Below, piece after piece: positions 34,783 to 48,506 of a DNA stretch of 64,000 nucleotides (position 1 is its first letter; every line of letters begins with the position of its first letter). The notes below the pieces were generated by a model, which worked only from the letters and a program-made list of their open reading frames with translations, made no database searches and was not told the DNA's origin. Source of the stretch: Paragordius varius. Taxonomy: Eukaryota; Animalia; Nematomorpha. A program made the position numbers and the translations under genes. The stretch is taken from positions 8,184,001-8,248,000 of the forward strand of contig OZ176056.1 of the NCBI GenBank assembly GCA_964247055.1. Direction: 5' to 3'.

Positions 34783-36012
34783 ATATATGTCTAACGTCTA
34801 AAGGGCAGAAAATATAGATCTATAGTGTGTTATTAATATATATATATATATATATATATAATCATAAGTTTAACGGTAAATTGTTAGCAAATATACATAT
34901 ATATTTTTATAATTAGAGAATATTTTAACGTTTAATTTTAGATTTGGCAATTTAAATAGCCATTAATACGGTTTAAATTTGATGTGAGGTGGCCTTATGA
35001 ATAATAAGCTCAATGCAGGAATCTCAAATTTTACCCCATTTTTTGAATTATAATAAATATTTTTTAGCCCAAAAAATAATGATTCATAAAATTATCTCAT
35101 TATTAAATTATCGATTTTTAAAAGACTAACTCAGGGTTCATTCTCTCATGGTTTTAGTTACATTTATTAGGATTTAAGCGGGCACCGTTTTAAGTTCCGT
35201 TCTAAATAATTTTTTGGATTTTGTTTCTGCATATGTTTTTGCAAAAATGGTACCAGTTCTGGTTCCATTGTTCCACATGGTGGTTTTACTTCAGAAATAC
35301 ACATCTATAAATTTTAAATGTCGGTTTCAAAAAGGTTTCAATGCCTGATAATTTTTTTACTTTTAAAATTTTAGATTCAAATATTTTAACTTCTAAAATC
35401 GTACAATTCAATAGCTTTTTTTACATATGCACGAAAATATGTTAATTTACAGAAATTAATGTTTCTAAAGACACATAAATCAATAAAAACACTTGTGCAT
35501 ACTTTATAAAATTATAATAACAATAAATTTGTGGGGCTAACAAGTTAAAAAAATTCATGATTTTTATTTTGTAAAAGTATTTCGAGTGATTTAAATATAA
35601 AGATTATATTTGGCAAAAAGTTTAAGATTTGAGATTATTATATTTATTTGGCATACCTGGTTAATAATTGTGGGATAGGTAACCACCGAAAATTAAAAGA
35701 TTTATAAGTATGACAATTTTGTTTAAATTAAAAAAGTGATATTCAATAATTTTATGTTTAAAATGGTACATTAGAACGATATTAATGACTATCTAAAAAT
35801 TACCACATTGGTTGGTATTTAAATTTTGAATACCATATGAGTAAAAGATGAAATGCATTTACCACTTCATTATTTTCGACCTTTGATACATATTAAAAAA
35901 GAGTTATAAAAGTAATTTATTTTAAAGCTTATTAAAGAGTTTCTATTTTCTTGTAAGCGAAATCTAAAATTACAATATTTAATTGACACGCTATGACTTT
36001 TTCGACAATTAA

Positions 36013-36574
36013 CACTTGGATACAACACATTTATTTTAGTTAGATTCAAATTGGGGTAGTTGGATACCGGCCTGTTTAAAATTAAATAATTTAAAAAATA
36101 TGGAAGGAATATAAACCATGGCAATATTTTGCACTTATATAACATTAATAAACCGGAATATATAAAAAACCTTTTTTAAAAATACCTGATATTACTTATT
36201 TTAAGTTAAAACCCAAAGATAAAAATTTAGTTAACGTGGGAGTGCAATGGCTAAAATTGAAAAATACAAAATTAATCATTTTTCTATTTCTATCAATGTT
36301 TGCTGTTATTTAAATAAATTAGCTTTAATTATACCTTGAAATATATAAATGAAATCGATATTTTGCAAAAATTTTGCAAATTAAAAATGCCGTCCAAGCA
36401 GTTTGACATGGAACTTTTTTTTCGAAACTAAATTTTATTAAGATATATTGAATTAATAATATAATTAGGATAGAAGCATACATTTAAATTAGGACCGTTT
36501 CTTCAGTAGTTTTTTTAAAATTTTAACTTTTATTTGGTCTGGGGTTTTTAGATACCCCAAATTGAATCGAAGTG
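36013..36574 (+). mobile_element. piggyBac-like TTAA MITE, complete
   Basis: TTAA-CACTTGGATACAA ... TTGAATCGAAGTG-TTAA: imperfect TIR with TTAA on both sides. Confidence 0.8.
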
Positions 36575-37348
36575 TTAAATTACCATATTTTATAATAATC
36601 GATAAAGAAAATTAAATAAAAAAGATTAAAGGGTACAAAGGCACTCTGATGAAATAGAACTTTATCATGCATGGGCTTTAAGTTTGGCTTTTATGAATCA
36701 TTATACAAATTAATTTTCTAATAATTCGATAAATTTTACTAAATAAACCTATTTTAATGCACACCAGTATTCAGAAAAGAGTGATTAGCCTGTTCTCTGA
36801 CGTATGTGTCCACAGAAAGCGACTCTTACATTACTATGCCTTTATACGTTTCAGGGGAAATAAGTAATTCTTCCCTTTTTATTTTTCTGCAAAATTTGAT
36901 GAAAAAATGTAGTAATAATGTTGCTTTCTTAAGCTTATGAGTAAAAAAAATATTATCTTTGTAACCCCGTTTGTTAAATAGATTTATGAAAAAGCCAAAA
37001 TATTTTAAAAATATGATATTAATAAATCATTATCTATATAACAAAACATCCTTACAATTTTTTTTGATGTGGGCTTTAAAGAGCCAAATTTTTGACTATG
37101 CCCAAAATTCATAAAAATGCGAAAATTCAGATTTCATAATTAATGATAGTAGATATAACCATGTAATGAACAGGGAATTTTAAGTACATTTATTTAGTGT
37201 CAAAATAACACTTTAAGACCTAAGGACCTTGTTGTCCTCTATGACATACTAGGGGTAGTGTTCCGGGAGCTCAATTTTGTAACTACCATTATATATTAAT
37301 TAAACATTATTTCCTGGTACTCAAAGCATTATTATTTAGTTTTGTCAG

Positions 37349-37405
37349 AGGAAATTAGTCCAAAACATGATAGATCTAAACCAGGAATTGGAAACTTTTT
37401 TGGAG
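37349..37405 (+). other. Isolated candidate coding exon (57 nt, phase 1-1)
   Basis: TTTTGTCAG acceptor, GTAAGC donor and an open frame EISPKHDRSKPGIGNFFG. Partner exons were not confidently found. Confidence 0.35.
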
Positions 37406-37885
37406 GTAAGCCGTTTTAAAATAGTAATTCGAGCCTTACGCTTAAAAATATAATTAAAATAGTAATCTGTCAATATAATAGTATATATAAAATAGAAAAA
37501 AATTATCTATACCATTACATGCTACATAATAATAATAATAATATGACTATGTCAATTTTTCACTTTTAATTAAAAACCTAAAAGTATGAGATATAATTTT
37601 CTCATGACTATAATAATTTATTTATTTTATTCATTAAAAAGTTGATGTGATTTCTGCTCTTTAATATAAATTAATTCATTTAAATCTGTTGGTAGTTTCG
37701 ATACTAATATCTCAACAAGTTTTGTAAAGTTTATGGTTAAACTTTTATTTAATTTTTTTATATGCTTTGGCGAGCCATATAAAACCGACGAAACAAGCTC
37801 GGGTCGCGAGCCCTAGGTTGCCAATCCTGTAAGCGGCTAATTTTAATATCCTGGTAAAATACAACATGAAAGCTTACAAAGTTAA

Positions 37886-38431
37886 CACTTGGATACAACA
37901 CATTCATTTTAGTCCTTCGATTCGAATTGAGGTGGTTAAATACCCCAGGCCTGTTTAAAATTATATGGAAGGAATTAAAACCATGGCAAAATTTTCACTT
38001 ATATTACATTAATAAACCGAAATATATAAAAACTCTATTCAAAAATACTTGATATTAGTTATTTTAAGCTAAAACCGAAAGGTAAAATTTTAGTCAACCT
38101 GACATGTGTGCGATAGTAAAATTGAAAATACAAAAACCGCTTTGTCTATTTCTATCAATGTTAGATGTAATTTAAATAAAAATTAACTTTAATTTTACCC
38201 TTAAAATTAAATGAGGACGATATTTTGCAAAAATTTTGTAAAATAAAAATGGCGAAGTAGTTTGACATGGAATTCTTTCAAAACAAAATTTTATTTAGAT
38301 ATTTTGGCATATTTATACAATTTTTATTAGGATAGAAGTAAATTTAAATTGAGACCGTTTCCTTCGGTAATTTTAAAATATCCTAATTCAAATTTAGTAT
38401 GGGGTATATGGATCTAATTTGAATCGAAGTG
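37886..38431 (+). mobile_element. piggyBac-like TTAA MITE, complete
   Basis: Same TIRs and TTAA flanks as 36013-36574, with a colinear interior. Confidence 0.8.
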
Positions 38432-39338
38432 TTAAATATTGTTATAATATGGATATTTTTTAGATTTTAAAAAATATAAATATATAAAGATGGCGGCTTA
38501 CGATGAGATTTTTAAAAATTATTTAAAATTTTTTGTATTTAGAAAGAAAGCATAATTTCAACGGCCTAATACCTTAATTTTATTTAAAATTTGACGCTTT
38601 GGGATAATACTAACCTAAAAGATCATAAGGTGTTATGTTTGCGCTGTTGTTATGCAAATCTGAAAGATATAATTTGTTTTTATATCATAATTTTCTGTGT
38701 TACATGCAAATGTGAAATACATACCTTGGTTGTATATCATAACTTTCATCGTTATTTGAATTGTATTATTTTCTATATTTTTTGTGTACTATGTAAATAT
38801 TATATCCTTTGTTTTGAAATATTATTGATAAAATGCAAATTATGTACAACTAAAATTAGTATATATAAACCCTAAAAAAACCAAATAAATATTTCATTTC
38901 ACATTTCTTATATTATCTCCTCATCTTTACAAGTTAACAGCTATATATATACTTTTTGGTTATCATATTTACATGTTTACTAAGTTAGAATAATGTGTTC
39001 ATTTATAACAAACACACAAATTAGAGTATAATTGTCATTAGATGATTGAAGTTTAGCATAGATTTTTTCAAAAATAGTGTCTAACAATGATACGATTTAA
39101 TTTAATTCAAAAATAACTTAACAAATATCAAGTAAAATTCGAAAAATCTTATATTGTTTAAAACTGCCCTCGTAATAAGTTAAAGAATATATTTATATGT
39201 ATAATTTTAAATCCCAGAGTAAAAACTTGCAACTAATTTTTTGAAAAGTGTTTTGTTTATACATTTTTCTCATGTATGGATAAGTACATTTTTACCAAAT
39301 TTTTGACTCATTAAAGTTCAGAAAATTGCTCAAACAGT

Positions 39339-39895
39339 TTAATTTGAATTGGGGTATCTAAATACCCAGAATTAATTAAAATTAATATTTTAAAACTCAA
39401 GGAAACGGTCTCAATTTAGATTTATGCTTCTATCCTAATAAAAATTATATAAATAAGCCAAAATATCTAAATAAAATTTCGTTTGAAAAAAAGTTCCATG
39501 TCAAGCTCTTTCGACGCCATTATTATTTCGAAATTTTTTGCAAAACATCCTAATGTAATTTAAAAGGTGATATAAAAGCTAATTTTGTATTTAAATTACA
39601 TCTAACATTGATAAAAATAAAAAAGCGGGTTATTTTGTATTATTTATTTAATTATTGCACACGTGTCAGGTTAACTAAATTTTTATCTTTCGGTTTTAGC
39701 TTAAAATAATTAATATAAAGTTTTTAGATATATAATTTAAATATATTTCGGTTTCTTAATGTTATATAAGTGCAATTTCGCCATGGTTTCGGATTCATTC
39801 ATATTTTTTAAATAATTAAATTTTAAACAGGTCTGGGGTATCCAACTATTCCAATCTTAATCGAAGGATTAAAATTAATATGTTGTAATCAAGTG
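39339..39895 (-). mobile_element. piggyBac-like TTAA MITE, inverted copy
   Basis: Reverse-complement copy ending AATCAAGTG-TTAA. The opposite end is eroded. Confidence 0.7.
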
Positions 39896-41392
39896 TTAAA
39901 ACACTATAAACATCAGCTGATTTTAAATTAACTAAATTTCAATTATCAGCCGGTGTTACATAATTGGTAATAATTTACATTTATACCCATAAACAATTAT
40001 TTGCATGTTGTATTAACAATAAATACAAGAAAAAAATAACAGCTTAAAAGTTTGCAATATATGTTTTAAAAGCATATTAACAACTAAAAGCGTATTCTAA
40101 TATAGCTCAATTTGTTAATAATAAAATTTTGATGCGCTTTCATATAAATTAACCCAAAAAGTTTTAGTCAAAAATTCACCCCAATCATGCAACAAAGCCT
40201 TAATTAAAATCTGAATAGTAATGTCACCATCCTCAAATTATAGAAAAAGTGTTTTATCTTAAATTTTTTATATGGTTTCCGTTATGTTCAACAAAATATT
40301 GATATTAAAGAAATAGCTCCGTTTTTCAAAAAATTTCTTATTTGATGTCATAATCCACCATTGCGTTTTTCGCGCACGCCCGCACCCACCTTTTGCGTTT
40401 CTCATAAAATAGTCACCCTTTTAAAGTTTTATGATATTTTATGATTAATTTTGATAATAAAATGTGGCCTTCTCCAAAAAATATTATTTATCATAGAATT
40501 GAGTTTCATAAAAGCCAGCTTTTCATTGACATAGATCATAAATTATATTTAAAAAGCAGAACAATTTTTTATAATTTAATTTTTAAATGTAAAATCGGTC
40601 CGGTCACTAATTTTCGACGCTATCTAGCTTTATTTAAATAAATTGAAAGGTTTATCATATATATCAAATAATTTTTATGTGCACTATGTATACGCAAACT
40701 TTCCGATTTCCTAATTATGTTTTGTAAATATCATCATTCGCGTTTTAGGGTTTTAAAATTATCTGATGCTTCTCACCAATACGACTTCCTAACACCCCTT
40801 ATAGAACCTTTATAGATTTTAAAAATTTTGATTTTTGCATTTTTAAATTATATAAACAAATAGTTTGAAGAACATCGTCAGAGTATGGAGTTTAAATTTT
40901 AGGAATGATGGTGAGCTTTAATAAAGTCGGGGCTGAATACGCTTCTTGACTTTTTATATATATCGTTACCCTTATAATGGTAAAAAATAGAGGTTGATCA
41001 AATAATATATTTGACTAATACTTATAAATTTTTTACAAAATAATTTAATCGAAAAAACATTATTAATTAATAATTGGTTCTATGTAAAACAGGATACTTA
41101 AGAATTTGCAAAAAATTATTTTATTGCCATTTAAATAATACTAAAATTTGTTTAGAATATTGGGGCGGGTTTTTTAATATTACGATCCGCATATTTTTTC
41201 TAATTAAATTATATTAATGCCCGTGTTAAATACATTTTTTATATGCGGCAAAGGAAAATTAAAATATTCATCAAGGTAGTATTAGTACTTATTTATATTT
41301 TTGACAAAAAATTTAAAATCAAAAAATTCTCATCCGTTTCATAAAACAGTGTACTAAATCGGGGACCATCAAAAAATATCTTTATGAAATAA

Positions 41393-42527
41393 ATATATTC
41401 TGGTAGAAAGTATCAGGATTATCATGGTGCTTTTGATCTTGCCCCATACTAGAGATATAAAAAGTTATCACTTCTGAGCTAAGGGCTACATATCAGAAAA
41501 TGGCAAAATTTGACCACATTTTTTGTAAAAATTCTTTCTGATGAAAGCCAAATGGTTTATTTCAAAAAATATCACTAAAATATATCATAAACCACTTAAA
41601 GAAAAACAAATATATTAATTTTTAGATAAAAGCTTTGAAAGTCCCAAATTTTTTTGCTCTTCTAAAACGGCTAGTTCTTTTAAAATAAAAGCAAAATGCC
41701 GGAATTTTGGAAAACTTTTAAATGTTTGCTAAATTTTGATCAAATAATTTCTTTGAAAAAATGCATACTTTAAAAGAAATTTTGTTGAAAGCGTAGATCC
41801 TACTATTTTTCGGCATGATTGAAACGGTATAAAGCTTTTATATATTGTAAAAACACTTTGTTCATATACTTATGTGATTTTGATCAGTTATATCGCTTCA
41901 GAATTTTAAATTAAAGGTCGTTTGCTTTTATATTTTGGTGAATTTTTATAGAAAAACACAATTTTTATTTGGCATAAATCCAAAGACAAACGAATATTTT
42001 CAAAATTCAGAGATGATATAATGTTCAGCATCATATCATATGGAAAAAGTGTTATTTGATATATAAAAGCGTTTTATATCATTTTCATCATGGCTATAAA
42101 ATACGTTTCAACAAATTTTGTTAAAAATTAAATTTTATTAAAAGTATGCACTTTTTAAAAAATGTTTTTTTGATATTAGAATATAGCATACCTTTGAAGA
42201 TTTTATTTCGTGAATTCGACAGTTTTTGCGTTTATTTAAAAGAATTAGCCCGTATTAGAAGAGCAAAAAAATTTGTGATCTTAGAAGCTCACATCTAAAA
42301 ATTAGAATACTTAAAATTGATTTGCTTTATGTAAGTGGCTTGATGTATTTTAGTAATATTTTTTGCAATGAATTTTTATTAAAAAATTTATTAAAAAGTG
42401 TGCTTAAAATATGTCATTTTCTGATACGGAGCACTTATCACAAAAGTGTAAATAACTTTCTTATAGCACTCTTAAACCCCAAAACAAAAGCACAATGAGA
42501 TTTCTATTTTCTATCGGTATGTATATC
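41393..42527. mobile_element. Long foldback element, family E
   Basis: Left arm ATATTCTGGTAGAAAGTATCAGGATTATCATGGTGCTTTTG mirrors the right arm CAAAAGCACAATGAG...TTTCTATCGG. A related half-copy lies at about 49650-50124. Boundaries approximate. Confidence 0.6.
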
Positions 42528-43961
42528 ATCATGATATTTATACATTGTGTAAGTTGATACTCAAATTTTAGGCTTAACATAAATTAATGTGACCAGATAG
42601 GCTGTTTTTCGCAATACAGTACTGGATTTTCAGAAAAATCTGCGCCTGTACTGCGACCACTTTTGCACTGCTTTTTTAAATTAATAAAAAATTAATTTTT
42701 TATAAATATATATTAATTACCTTTTATTTATTTAAAAAAATTACTTCAATTTAATATAGTACCCTCAAATAACCTCATAATTTGTAACGAAACGGTTTAT
42801 TTTGCTCTAAAAAACTAAGATTGGCCAATTTTTAATTGGTTAATATTTTATTTTCAGCTTGAATTATTCATAAAACTTAGAATTGCAGCTTTTCGCCCAG
42901 TCGTGAAACTATAAATCTCGGACTCCAAACCGTAAGATTCATGCTAATGGCTCTTTCACTCCGGGCTTCCGCAAAAAGAGGTGCCTTAAAATTTAAAATT
43001 AACAAAATTAATTTATGATGTTTTAATAAATGTTTGAAGGTATGAGACCGTAAAAATTTATTGAGGATTCCAGATATTCTCTGTTAAAAGGCAATTGTCG
43101 TGCGTTTCTTTTATATGGGCTGCTGGGTAAGGAGATATCCTTTGAAACAGCTCCGTCATATCGATATAGCGTGCCTTTGGGGCTAAATTTCAGAAAACCT
43201 ATCAGGCCATACGGGTTCAATAGGTGCTTAAAATAATACCCATAAAAAGTCAAAATATAAGTCGTGCGGTTTTTAAAATACGCTGTTAATTAGACCCTTC
43301 ACGCCCTGAAAAATGCGCCACCTAGAATGATTTTTTAGTTTTAAGGCAATTTTCCAAAAAACTAATGAGAACATATGAAATCAATCATGATTCCATGTAT
43401 TCACCGTAAAAAGGCAAATATTTTAATCAAGCGCTTTTGTGTCTCAGCCTCTGGGTAGGGAACTACCCGCCTAAAACTGCGCCACCATATCGAAATTGCG
43501 TTGTTTAGGAGTTATAATCCAGAAAACTCCTTAGGTCAAATAGGATTAATAAGGGCCTAAAATATTACCCGTAAAAAGGCAACAATTTAAGTCGAGCGGT
43601 TTTTTTAAATTCGTTAATCAGGCCTTTTACGCCCTAAAAATGCGCTATCATTGAACTATTATTTAGTTTGGAAGCCATTCTTCCAAAGATTTTAAGAACA
43701 TAAGGAATGAATGATGATTCCAGGTATTCCCCTATCAAGGCAGCAATTTTTATCGAAAGTCTTTTTTATATTGGCCTTTCGGTAGGGGGCTACCCGCCAA
43801 CAACTGTGCCACCATATATATATACAGATTGACTTTAGAGGCAAATCGAAAACTTATCAGGTGATATGAGTTCGATAAGTGCTTGATATATTACTCGTAT
43901 AAAGGCAAAAATTTATGTAGAGCGGTTTTATTAAATTACCCCTTAATTAGGCCCTGCCCTG

Positions 43962-46900
43962 TGTAAGGTTATAATATTCTATTTTGTTAACACACTCAAT
44001 TCATGTTGCATCAGTTATTTTGTATTTGAATATTATATATATATTTCGTGTTAAAGCTTATCTGTTGTTGAGAATAACCATTGTGTAACGTCTACGCAAA
44101 TAAGGCATGCACACATAAAAAGAACTTGTGATATAATAGCCACTCACTTTTTTATTTTGGTTTTCTTTTTATCGCTCAACTCTATTTTAATATACCATAT
44201 TGCTATACGTGAATAAATCAACTTTACATTTGGCGTGTTAGCTTTCAATGAGCCAAGCGTTGGACATTTCAAAACTGATTTTGGAGCGTTTTAAGAAACC
44301 GATGAATTTTACGCAATATATACGTCACATCAGGAGAGTCTTAAATTCCAAAAATATCGAATCCAATGACACCACAATGAAACGCACTTTTCTCGCTTTC
44401 GGCGGTATTCAAGTAATAATGAAAATCGAAACGTTAGCATACCCAAAACTCATAGATGACATGGAATGGAAGGAAATTTCAACCTTGGCCACTCAGATAT
44501 ATTCACCAATCAGCAGCCTATGGTTAAATCGAGTTGAATTCTACCGATTAAAAAAATTGCCAGATGAATCAGTCATGGATTTCCTGGAACGTCTGAAAGC
44601 AAAGTGTGAAGCCGGGAAATTTGAAGGGGATATTCAGTCAAAATTACGCGATTTATTCCTGGTAGGTCTTGAAAATCCCAGAGTAGAACGCGAAATTCAA
44701 TCCAAATATCCAGATGGCAAAAAGGACAGGGGTCCGGTAACCCTTCAAGCGATTGTAGACATCGCTTATTCCTATGAACTAGAAGATAAAAAGGTTCACA
44801 ACATCAGAGATAATAATGATATGAACAATAATAATACCAGTGAACTTCCTTCAAGTATCCAACCAGTTGTTAATGATAATAATACAATCAATCAAATAAC
44901 CCGAAAGCTATGTAGTAATTGTGGGTATCGACATGGTTCCGCCACCTGTCCGGCAAAAGGAAAACGGTGTTTTAATTGCGACAAATGGAATCATTTCAGC
45001 ACAGTATGCAAGGCAACGTTCCGACGGCCGTCAATCCGCACCATGACTAGCCCGAACAACACCCCCCGGATTCAGGTATTAATAAATAATATACCAACAA
45101 CGTTTATCTACGATACGGGCGCCGAGGTATCCGTTATTGGCAAGCGCACTTGGGTAATTGGTCGACCTCGTTTGCTCCCAGCTCCAAATTTGCGAACCTA
45201 CAATGATGGCCCGATAAAAGTACTCGGAAAATCGATGATTTCAGTGGTTTTGAACGAAGAGGAGAAGTGCCTGCCCTGCGTGGTGACACAAACTAACCCG
45301 CCAGCCGTGTTTGGGATGAATTGGATGCGGGCGTTTCGGTTAAAATTCCCAAAAAATGTTTTTTCAGTTTTACATACGCAAGCACCTAATAATAAAATGT
45401 TATTTGATTATTTTGACAAATTGTTTTCAGACAAGTTAGGTACTTTCAAGGGGCCCCCAATAAAATTATTTATCGACCCCGGGGCCAAATCTAAAGTTTT
45501 TCCTTGTCGTAGGGTACCTTTAACTAAAACCTTTAGTAGAAAATGAAATTGATAGATTAGTTAAACTCAGAATACTCCGACCTATCGATCCGACCCAAAC
45601 CCCAATAACATGGGCCTCTCCCACAGTAAATATAGTTAAAGGAAATGGAGAAATTAGGATATGTGCCGATTTCCGAATTAGTATCAACCGTTATTTAGCA
45701 AAGGATTCTCATCTGAAACCTACTTTTGACGAGTTGGCCACCAAAGTGTCAAATGGGATAATTTTTTCCACTTTAGACCTGAAAGATGCTTACTTACAAT
45801 TTCCGATAGACCGGGCGTCACAGACGCTAGTAACCATCACAACTCACAAAGGGTTTTATGCTTACCAACGACTTCCATTCGGATTAACTTCAGCACCTAT
45901 GATCTTTCAAAGATGCATGGACAATCTTTTAAAGGACATACCTGGTATTTGTGTGTACCTGGATGATGTCTTAATTTCCGGAGCTACAAGGGAGGAACAT
46001 GATCAAAGATTAAGGGAGGTATTTAGAAGGTTACAAGAGGCGGGATTACGATTGCGCCGAGACAAATTGCAAATTGGTATCTCACGAGTCAAATACATGG
46101 GGTATGTAATTTCTGACCAAGGTATTGAGCCGTCCAATGAAAAATTAGAGGCCATTAAAAATTGTCCGACACCTACAAACAAAACTGAGCTACGTTCGTT
46201 CTTGGGCTTAATAAATTTTCATGAGCGGTTTATACCAAACTGTCACCCACACCTAGCAACCTTACACAAGTTAAGTGGAAAGAATACACCTTAACGGTGG
46301 ACCCCGGCAGATGATAGTGAATTCGCGAAAGCAAAAAGCTTGCTAACCAGGCCCCCCCCCCCCGCTTTAATGCCATTTAACGACCGTTTTCCCTTGTTGA
46401 TCGAAACAGATGCTTCCAACAAGGGGTTTGGGGCAATACTGTTTCATAAGACCCCACAGAGGAAACGCCCAATTTTTTACGCGTCACGAACTTGTTCAAT
46501 AGCAGAAAAGGTTATTCCACGATCGAAAAAGAGGCCAAGACCATAGTGTTTGCCCTAGAAAAATTTAAATACTTTATATATGGAAGACCGTTCGAGATAT
46601 ATACAGATCATAAACCGCTGGTGTCACTATTTGGGCGGAAGAGAGACATCAGCAACATTAATAATAGCAAACTGCTCAGGTGGATATCGAATACCATCGG
46701 GTACGAGTATGAAATATTTTACAAGAAAGGGGAAGAAAACTTAGCCGACGCGTTGTCGAGACTTCCAATAGAGCATAGCCAACCAGATGATGAAGATGAC
46801 GCGGCCACCAAGCAGGTACGATTTTTGGCTCTAAAAACGCTGGATGTAAATAAGGAAGTGGTCGAAGAGGCAACGATCACTGACCAACGGTTATCAAAAG

Positions 46901-48506
46901 TTAAAAATGCTCTCAGGACAAACAGTTGGATCGACGAAGATCTGAAACCTTTTTTAAAACATAAAAACGACTTGGAGTGTTGTTATAATCTGTTATACCT
47001 GAATGATCGCTTAGTGATACTACAAGCGATGCAGGAAACGATATTGAAACTTCTGCATACGGGACACAGCGGGCTAAAAACAATGAAAGTTCAAGCCCGG
47101 TGTTCGGTATTTTGGCCCGAATTAGACACCGATCTAGCGAATTATGTGGAAAGGTGCGAGGCTTGCCAAACCTATCAACCTAACGCACCTGAAAATCTTC
47201 CCTATCGATGGAATTTTAACACTTTGACATGGGAAAGGTTACATATAGATGTTGCTGGACCGGTGGACGGATATTATTGGTTAGTGACTATCGATAGCGC
47301 CTCACGGTGGGTAGAGATAGATCTTCTTAAATCAATAACGAGCCAAAGCGTTTTAAATTGCCTGGAAAAACACATCGCACGATTTGGTTTTCCCCGCCAA
47401 ATTGTGACCGATAACGCCACGTATTTTACTTCAAGAGAATTTACGACTCTCCTAAATCATATGAATATAAAGCACATCTGTGCAGCACCCTATCACCCCA
47501 AAACAAACGGTCTAGTAGAGAGAGTAATAAAGACATTAAAAACGAAATACGCCGCTATTAAGACCCAACAAATGCATGCATATGAAGCTATCAACACGGT
47601 CCTTTATTCGTATCGAACTAGCATGCATTCTTCGCTAAAAGAAACGCCTTCCGACATGTTCCTAAAACGGCGTGTACACAATCCTATCTCTTGGGTAAAA
47701 ACAACCCCTGTCGAATTTATAGAGCACGAAAATGAACCGAGACGCGAAATCCAACAAGACGATCCTGTCTATATTAAAAATGAAATGGCCGTAGGCTGGC
47801 GGCCAGGTCACATTCTGGAGAGAAGGGGGTTATTCTCGTATGAAGTGCAAGATGAGGATGGGATTCGAAAACGTAAACATGCAGATCAGTTACGACGTAG
47901 GTCAGGAGGGAATTCATACGAACTAATCCCTTAATAGAGCATAAATATCCCAGCGTCGAAAGTGTCCCAGGTCATGTCGAGGGAGCCCACTCCGAACAAA
48001 CCTTCCATCCCACCTCGGAATCTCAAATAGTCCATGCCCCAACTCCTGCTACCTCATGGCAAGACGTAGCCCCAGAATCGCTGACGCCTGTAGAGGCCAC
48101 ACCCGACGTGGTAAAGGAGGTTTCTGACGTACCCGAGCGTAGATATCCGCTAAGAAGACGGCAGCCTCCCGATCGTTTAAACTTATAGGTATAATGTACG
48201 AACACGACAGCCCCCGTGGTTAACTTAGGGGGAGAGTAATGTAAGGTTATAATATTCTATTTTGTTAACACACTCAATTCATGTTGCATCAGTTATTTTG
48301 TATTTGAATATTATATATATATTTCGTGTTAAAGCTTATCTGTTGTTGAGAATAACCATTGTGTAACGTCTACGCAAATAAGGCATGCACACATAAAAAG
48401 AACTTGTGATATAATAGCCACTCACTTTATTATTTTGGTTTTCTTTTTATCGCTCAACTCTATTTTAATATACCATATTGCTATACGTGAATAAATCAAC
48501 TTTACA
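43962..48506 (+). mobile_element. Ty3/Gypsy LTR retrotransposon (Mag-like), recent insertion
   Basis: 267-bp TG...CA LTRs (43962-44228 and 48240-48506) with one mismatch seen. 5-bp TSD CCCTG (43957-43961 and 48507-48511). PBS TGGCG at 44231. PPT AGGGGGAGAG at 48227-48236. Confidence 0.97.
44248..47934 (+). pseudogene. gag-pol polyprotein (NC, protease, RT, RNase H, integrase), interrupted
   Basis: CX2CX3HX4C and CX2CX4HX4C knuckles (Mag pattern), protease DTG, RT YLDD, RNase H TDAS and DHKPL, integrase HHCC and D-D-E. Frameshift near 45525, in-frame TAA at 46292-46294, frameshift near 46505. Confidence 0.93.

Noticed and set aside
47849-47872. GATGAGGATGGGATTCGAA resembling the complement of a tRNA-Ser 3' half
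   Set aside because: It lies within the integrase reading frame (DEDGIRK) and is most likely coincidence.
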